The position numbers and the translations under genes were made by a program. The notes under the pieces were generated by a model that ran no database searches, was not told where the DNA came from, and was given only the letters and a program-made list of their open reading frames with translations. A stretch of DNA of 63,114 nucleotides, filler included, from Craspedostauros australis (Eukaryota), in assembly GCA_030167865.1 (NCBI GenBank). It is 10 parts of 10 records of this genome, joined end to end, with 100 filler letters (N's around TTAATTAATTAA, not from the genome) between each part and the next. Parts side by side here need not be neighbours in the genome. Positions count along the whole stretch, not along the records: positions 55,717 to 58,122 come from JALAGF010004811.1; positions 58,223 to 60,997 come from JALAGF010004812.1; positions 61,098 to 63,114 come from JALAGF010004813.1; 7 more parts are not named here. One strand, 5' to 3'. This document shows positions 55,717 to 63,114 of the stretch, in pieces; within the stretch, counting starts at the first letter, position 1; each line of letters begins with the position of its first letter.

Positions 55717-56680
55717 ATTGTTAACACATTCCAACTACAGGAGGATGGCACAAGTCCCATGAAATGGCTGACTTGTGGGGGAGGAGGGGGAACAACACCA
55801 ACTGTGATACTCACACATCCACGTGCTCACACACACACACACACACACTGCCATACCGTACAACCAGCCACAACACACAACAACACGTGAGACCGTGATG
55901 CAACAGTCAACACACAATGAACTATCTGTCAACACCAAATGAACTATCTGTCAACACCATTCCAACTACNNNNNNNNNNNNNNNNNNNNNNNNNNNNNNN
56001 NNNNNNNNNNNNNNNNNNNNNNNNNNNNNNNNNNNNNNNNNNNNNNNNNNNNNNNNNNNNNNNNNNNNNNNNNNNNNNNNNNNNNNNNNNNNNNNNNNNN
56101 NNNNNNNNNNNNNNNNNNNNNCAACACCATCAACTGTGATACTCACACATCCACATGCTCACACACACACACACACTGCCACACCGTACAACCAGCCACA
56201 ACACACAACAACACGTGAAACCACAATGCAACAGGCAACATCAAATGAACTATCTGTCAACACCATTCCAACTACTGGAGGATGGCACAAGTCCCATGAA
56301 ATGGCTGACTTGTGGGGGAGGAGGGGGAACAACACCATCAACTGTGATACTCACACATCCACGTGCTCACACACACACACACACTGCCACACCGTACAAC
56401 CAGCCACAACACACAACAACACGTGCGACCGCGATGCAACAGTCAACATCAAATGAACTATTGTTAATATCATTCCAACTACTGGAGGATGGCACAAGTC
56501 CCATGAAATGGCTGACTTGTGGGGGAGGAGGGGGAANNNNNNNNNNNNNNNNNNNGGAGGATGGCACAAGTCCCATGAAATGGCTGACTTGTGGGGGAGG
56601 AGGGGGAAGTCAACACCATCAACTGTGATACTCACACATCCATTTGCTCACACACACACACAAACTGCCACACCACAACA
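55717..56680. repeat. Tandem repeat, ~207-bp unit with internal (CA)n
   Basis: GGAGGATGGCACAAGTCCCATGAAATGGCTGACTTGTGGGGGAGGAGGGGGAA at 55740, 56277, 56484, 56556; gaps hide true copy number. Confidence 0.9.
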
Positions 56681-57189
56681 CACATGATAACACAGTATGC
56701 CACATGTGACTATGACACTGCACACCATGACACATAATATCACACATTAATGTGGGATACAACATGCTCAACAGTGTTGACATGACAGTGCATGGATACA
56801 GATCAGCAGCTGTGATCACCAGTTTTCGATTGAGTTGAAATGTCACTTTTTGAAATAACACGGGGGTCCAACTAAGGTTACAGGTTACTGTAAACCCTAA
56901 CGCTCTCAGGCATGGCTCCTTTCATCTGCATTTGCATCTTGCGTTCATGGTGGTTCATCGCCTGCTTTAACTGCACGTTGGAGAGCGCCTACATTCGTCA
57001 AGTTCATACTCGTAGACCTGTAGGTACCTCTCCTTCGGTCTCCTGTCATCTCGCTGGTCCCACTTTGGTCCGTGTCATTTCAGTTCCTTCCTTCGGTCAT
57101 CTCGATGGTTGCCTTTGGATCTTTGGAACTTATTGTCGTTTGGATCGTGGTCTTGGGTGAATAGGGATCGCCTCTGTTTCGCTTTCTCA

Positions 57190-57552
57190 CGTCAGGTTCT
57201 CAGGGACGTGTCGACTTGTTCAGATATATTGGTTGTCGTGCTCATTTGATTCACTCATGGGCTGATGTGTTGTCGTTGTTATAGATCTCTGGGTTCCCAA
57301 CCGTTATCAGGACATAGCCAAATAGGCCACTGGATGAAGGTGCTTGGGTGTCGCATAAGACAGGTAAGGCCATTGGGCTGTCCGAGTGCAACTGATCGAT
57401 TGCTAGGTTGCGGTTTGTCTGGAAGATGATATTGGGGGTTGCGGCAATCATGGGTATCTTTGCACTTAATGCCATTTCGGTTCCAGTCAGTCCTCATGGG
57501 AGCTGCGGTAGAACAAGGTATCTTTGCAAAGTCGTACCCCCGATTCCTGACA
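57190..57552. repeat. Possible LTR-like repeat; right end shared with 20810-20876
   Basis: (C)GTCAGG..CCTGACA inverted ends; TGCGGCAATCATGGGTATCTT and CGTACCCCCGATTCCTGACA occur at both loci. Confidence 0.45.
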
Positions 57553-58122
57553 CCCTTCCATTGTCGCACCATCATACTCACCCACACACAAACCGTTGTC
57601 GAGATGTACATGTGAGTATACGTCAAGATGTACGTGTATATGTGCATCGTTCACCCGCTGTTCTCTCATACGCACTTGGACGGTATAACTATACTCGTGT
57701 CAATAGTATGCTGTGATTCGTCAGAATTACAGGGGAAATGGAACACACGAAAAGGGGCAAGATTTCTGGAGGAAATTTGCAAATAACGATTTCTGAGAGA
57801 ATCAGAAGATCGTCCGTCCATGCGTCAATGGTACCAAGAGAATCTCGAGGTACTTCCCAACTAAACCTCAGATGACAATATCATCTGACAGACTACTGCA
57901 TCACCAATGGAACNTGACATCTGGAGAGCAGAAGGACGCCTACTGACGTCGACAGGATGTCAACATGTCACCACGTCGACAGCTGTCTCCAAGTCAGAGC
58001 AGGAGGCAAAGATACGATGACCCATGAAGATCATGGACACTGAAGGTGAACTTCAAATGGTAAGTACTCATGGAGTAGAAGCCAGTACTGAATGAACAGA
58101 GTGTCGAATGCGGAGTACGCAT

Positions 58123-58222
58123 NNNNNNNNNNNNNNNNNNNNNNNNNNNNNNNNNNNNNNNNNNNNTTAATTAATTAANNNNNNNNNNNNNNNNNNNNNN
58201 NNNNNNNNNNNNNNNNNNNNNN
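58123..58222. other. Artificial contig linker
   Basis: N44-TTAATTAATTAA-N44. Confidence 0.97.
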
Positions 58223-60969
58223 CCGCTCAGCTGGATGTTGTTTGCTTCCACGACAATATTTTCCCCTTTGTATTCACTGAGGAGGCATGCGGTGCTGATG
58301 AGCTTGACCGAGGACTCCGGCACATAGAAGGCTGGAAGGGATAAGGATCGAGGGTTGCCGCTGACGTCTAGGATGGACCATTCCACCCTGCCTTTCGTCT
58401 TGACTTTGGTGCAGCGAAGAAACCCGTTGAGGAAGGTTGGCGAGGTTGGAGCGGAGGTAGGACCCACGAAGTCGTTGATATCGTTGGTCACGCAGATGGA
58501 GGCGCCGGTGTCCCATACCACATCGAAAGAGCCGTCTTGAGGGATGATGCCTTCCACCTTGTGTGGTGCGGCGAAGGCATGTTGGAAACCGAAGGTTGTT
58601 GCGAGGGTGTGATAGGCGTTGGTGATCAGACTAACGCCTGTATTTCCATGGAGCTGCGCTTCGCGTGTGTTACCGTTGTGGCGGAGACTCTGATGTTCGC
58701 TTGGGTCTGTGTGAGATCCCCGCTTGAAGCGAGTGGGAGTCCTTAAGTGGTAGAGGTCACAGTGATGTTTCGTGTGCCGGTTCGGTGGACGAGCGGGATT
58801 CATTTTGTTTCGCGCGCGACAGGAGTTTTGGTGTTTTCGGAACCGGCGAGCGCGGCGAGTTTCGTGTTGGTGGTTCGCACATGGGGCGTGACGTGGGACG
58901 TGATGTTTCGCGTTGGAGCGCTTGTGAAGGAGAAAACGTCTGAAGTCGCCGTTGCCGAATAGAGAGTCGTAGAGATCGTTCGAGGGCGTTGCCGGGTAGT
59001 GATAGAAGCGTGNTCTTGCTCTATTTGACTTGTTTTGTTTCTTCCTCCACGTGTTGACCTGGCGGATGGTTCGCATTGGAGTTGGCTGGTACTGGCGTGG
59101 GACGTTGGTGTGAAGGGCGAATAGCACAATGGCTGTTGTCATCCACATCATGATACTCACCACATGCCATCCGCACTCGATGCCGAGTAGGGTGATTTGT
59201 GCTGCACAAAGGAGGAGAAAAGTACCGGTGATGATGTTGATGGTTTCGACGGTGGTGAACAGGTTCCACACGGCGGTCCACCAGGTGCGTTCGTTTGCGT
59301 GAGCTTCGGCGGAGAGGCAGGTCCATGCTGCATGGTCGATTTCAAGCTGTGGACTGTTTGGCTTATGCTTGAAGTCGTCGATGTGGCCGGCTGTGCCGTG
59401 GGAGATGCGCCAATGGCGGCACTTCGCGCACCAGTGGAAGGTCTTGTTGTTCATGAGCTTTTGTTGTGGCTCACCCTTCCGTGGGGGTGTTGTGATCCAA
59501 GGGTCCTTCTTTTGTTGTGTTTTCTTGTTGGTCTGTTTGCCCTTGGCGTTCATGCGTTTGCCTCCTTTGTTCTGTTCCAGAAGACGAGCTTCCTTTGTCG
59601 TCGAGGAGTGGTTTGCATGCATGCGCGGGGTGTTGCGGTCACGGGAGTGCCTGTTGGCATGCCAGGAGTTTCCCTGGAGTTCGTCAAGATAAGCATCCTC
59701 AGCCACGCTGCAGATGTCCATCCAGGTGAGGTCCTCACNGAGCAGGTGGGGCTCCGCTCGCTCGTAGGTCTTGAGGGACTTGTCTTCGATCAGTCGTCTG
59801 AGTCGATCGCTGATGTCGAGAATTCGATGACGGTATCGTTCTCCTGACGTGGTTCTGCCTCCTGCCATGGAGAAGTTGTCTGTCATGGTACGGAGGAGCG
59901 AGATCTCGAACTGGTCGGCATCTTGAAGTTCCTTGCACATGATGCGGAGAGCGTCAGCCATTGCTTGGATGTTCTCTCCCTGAAACTTCTGGGGCGTGGT
60001 CTTTCTGACCTTCTCTTGGAGCCGTGCGTACTTGTCTAGCGAGCTTGACGTGATGCTCTTGATGAGCTCGGTGAAAATCACGTTGAAGTCTTGTTGGTAC
60101 TTCGGCTTGATGCGGTTCATCAGGCGGTCTTCGAGGTCAGGGTCAAGGCTGTCGCGGAGGAATCGAGCAGCAGATGCGTTGTTCTGCTTGTCGTATCGAT
60201 CCCACAAGTGGCGGTAGACATCATGGTGGTCAGTGGCTTGGCCGATGGTGGTGCTGCCTGGGGCGTCGAGGACGCACACCATCTCGTCGGGGTGTTCGTT
60301 GCTCCTCATGTAGGTCATCGAGATGAGGCCTGCGGTGGACATGTGATCCTTGAGGAGGCGCAGCATGCGCTGACGGTTGTCCCCGATTCGGAAGCGAGGG
60401 CGGATGCCTTTCTCTCGCTCCGGTTGGTTCTTGGAGTCCGAACCGTTGTGGAGGACGCGCTGCTGTTGGGAGCTGTCGTAGGACGTGGCTGCGTCTTCCG
60501 CAAGGCCAGTCCATTCGACGTTCGGTTTCCCTCCCGTCCAGGGCACCCAGTGACGACCAGCCTTGGTGAGGCCACCCATGATGGGTTTCTCCGGCTTGTC
60601 CTCGCTCTCGTACGCTACGTACGTGGTTTCGGGTCCGATGGGATCTTCGTCGGCGTCAAAAGGGAAGCCACCTCCAGTGGATCCAGTTTGGTTGCCTACG
60701 TTCCCTTCGCGTCCTGTGGTTCCCTCGGCTTCGCCGAGGTTCGGTGGGTTGTTGGCGTCCCCATCGTTGTCTTGGGCGGTTTCGCCCTCTCCCTGCCCGG
60801 CTGCCGTTTGGTCTCTTTGCTGAGGAGGGATGGGTGCAGCTCCTCGCGAGATTCGGGATTCGTTGAGATCTCGAAGGGCTTGAGCGGCTTGTTGATTGAG
60901 CCGTTCCACAAAGGCCTCCAGCCTGCGTTCTTCGCTGCTGATGCTCGTGTCTTCTCCTTGGGCGCTCAT
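58223..60969 (-). CDS. CoDi-type Copia gag + protease (3' part beyond contig end)
   Basis: WTGGKPN..WTGL, YDKQN, FQGENI, FHWCAKC..W..SH....H zinc motif, protease VVWDTGAS homologous to that at ~43750. Confidence 0.88.
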
Positions 60970-60997
60970 GGTGAGGCGGCGGAGGTGTCGAAGTCGT

Positions 60998-61097
60998 NNN
61001 NNNNNNNNNNNNNNNNNNNNNNNNNNNNNNNNNNNNNNNNNTTAATTAATTAANNNNNNNNNNNNNNNNNNNNNNNNNNNNNNNNNNNNNNNNNNNN
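60998..61097. other. Artificial contig linker
   Basis: N44-TTAATTAATTAA-N44. Confidence 0.97.
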
Positions 61098-63114
61098 ATT
61101 TTGGGGGTACCAGCTACATACACTTTTGATCCGCTGCATCACGCGGTTACGTTCCAGGTCATTGGTACGTATGTGCCTACGAACATGCAATTCAGAGGAC
61201 TACGTTGTGACCTTGAGGACCAACTCCAACCATTCGCGGCATGTATCAACACAATAGCCACGCTACGAATACTCGACCACGTATTCGTTACTTTTGGAAT
61301 GCGGTTCACAAGAAACAACCAGACGGACCAAGGAACAACGCCAACAGCACAAAAGAATGAAGTTATGCTTTCGCGGCGACGGCCACCAATCCCATGATCA
61401 TTGCGAGCCCATGCAATTGAAGTATGATCGGTCGTGACACATTGCAATCTCGCTGCAGATTCCATTTTTCACAACCAGCACATATTCAAGGACACGGAGA
61501 GCACCATCCGCATCATCCCCGCAACAAGTGTAATAAATAGGCTTCCGCAAGAGAGCTGCTGTCCATTTTCCTGCTATACTCGGCTTGCTGCTGTGGTTCA
61601 TGGTGATTGCAGTCTCAGCCATTTCGTGTTTTGCATGATATTTTGCAGGGATTATGCACTATCTTTTTCCAAGAGGCCAAGAAAAGTGACGAGTCAGTGG
61701 TTCAGCTGGCCCATGGCACATTTTTTGCCCGTCTGGACTCTAACCTGTGAAGTGACGTCGCTCACTTTTTGCCGCTTTGGAGGTGCGCGCCAGTCGCTGG
61801 CGATCGTTTTACTCTCCATCCTTGGGTGCACTCGTCTCTCACCCATGGAACCGTCCTGCCAGGTGCGTGCATGGCTGCCACAAATGAAAGTTGTACAAAT
61901 GCTTGGGCTCCTATCACCAACAATAGGTCGTGCGGTGCTGTTTTCATTTGGTTCCATTTCTCCATTCGAATATTGGTGTTGTCATTGCTGTTTTCGTTCC
62001 GTGCTCGGTGCTCCACTTGTGCCATGGAACTATGCAGCACATGTGCCAACTTTCTTGTAAAAGGGTGAAAGGCTGATTNNNNNNNNNNNNNNNNNNNNNN
62101 NNNNNNNNNNNNNNNNNNNNNNNNNNNNNNNNNNNNNNNNNNNNNNNNNNNNNNNNNNNNNNNNNNNNNNNNNNNNNNNNNNNNNNNNNNNNNNNNNNNN
62201 NNNNNNNNNNNNNNNNNNNNNNNNNNNNNNNNNNNNNNNNNNNNNNNNNNNNNNNNGATGTTGTGTCATGCACGAGGATCTGGGAACCGATGTAGAGGGG
62301 TTTTCTGAGGCGGCAACAATCCAGAAAGTCCGTGGCGAAACGGTCTGGATAGCTCATATCTCGCATCTAGCGCATCGCGTGGGAGCAATGGGCAGCTCGA
62401 AACGAAGCACTTTTTGAAGGTCAAGACTTGGCTGAAGCCGGAATAAATCAAGCTCTTCGCAATAGATCAGAATCATTTCGTCTCCGCCGCGAGCACCATC
62501 GGCCCACTCACCACAGGATTCAACGGACGGCACCAACAGCAGACGCGCACATAGCGCAGGTCGCGATATGGGTCGAGCAAACCGCACAGATGTTGCATGA
62601 ACCGACTGCCTCTGGCACTCTGTTCATGTGGCTGAAGCGCAGAAGACGTGCTCATCCAACCCCTGCCTAAAATGTAAAGCAGCCGCATACACGACAGCTC
62701 GTGCATTCACTGAATGCATACAACAATCAACAGATTCTATTAGCGCACGCTAAATCTCTAACAATAGCGACACCCGTCGACCAATCAGAAATCTCCACTT
62801 TTCTTACCTTTTCCGTTCCGAANGGAAATTTTGGTCGAAAATCCGTTGTGTCANATTTGTGTCGCATTTCGCGTCGCAAGAATCGTTTTCCCTCAATCAC
62901 AGATCCAAAAATGCCGCGGAAATTGATTTCTTGCCAAGATGAGCCAATCTGCCCAATCAGGACAGACTTGGATCTTGGGTGTGACACGTGCGAATCTTGC
63001 CATGACCTTCTCAAGTGAATACGATCAATCGTGCGATCGTACTACTAGCAACATCGTGAGAAGACGTAATTCACAACACGGGCTATCGCGGTGTTTTGTT
63101 CATTGACTTTTGCA

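Noticed and set aside
55717..56680. CRISPR-like array
   Set aside because: Sequence between the conserved cores is itself repeated, so there are no unique spacers; no cas genes; eukaryotic context.
58223..60969. Gag contig as the missing 5' half of the pol at 38925-43994
   Set aside because: Both include the protease and these differ substantially, so they are related but distinct elements.
13904..61097. Nine identical TTAATTAATTAA palindromes as a biological repeat or TSD
   Set aside because: Each is centred in exactly 44+44 Ns: a scaffolding linker. ORFs ending in LIN or N at these sites, and neighbourhoods across them, are artefacts.
61098..63070. Short ORFs in the last scaffold
   Set aside because: No motif recognised; only the terminal motif at 63073-63091 is supportable.

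Overview
Eukaryotic, almost certainly diatom, sequence (Ambal-type LINEs, CoDi-type Copia elements, GT-AG introns, diatom-style host genes). It is not contiguous: nine artificial 100-bp linkers (N44-TTAATTAATTAA-N44) join ten scaffold pieces, so adjacency across a linker means nothing. Content is TE-dominated: a full-length, apparently intact APE-RT-RNase H LINE (1026-9766, 18-bp TSD, (TTA)n tail) nested in a Copia gag-pol that reads in frame once the LINE is removed; a second partial LINE; three more Copia elements, one complete but decayed with both LTRs; Sola3-like and mariner-like transposases; a recurrent 19-bp TIR-like motif; and a 207-bp tandem repeat. Most host-type genes are disrupted. 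The best candidate novel system is an ankyrin/coiled-coil/BTB gene family (two copies plus the 5' flank of a probable third). Its 102-bp ankyrin units are nearly identical in framework, within and between loci, but hypervariable at the ligand-binding positions. This resembles a diversifying repeat-shuffled receptor or Cullin-3 adaptor repertoire. All calls come from manual translation and motif recognition; no searches were run.
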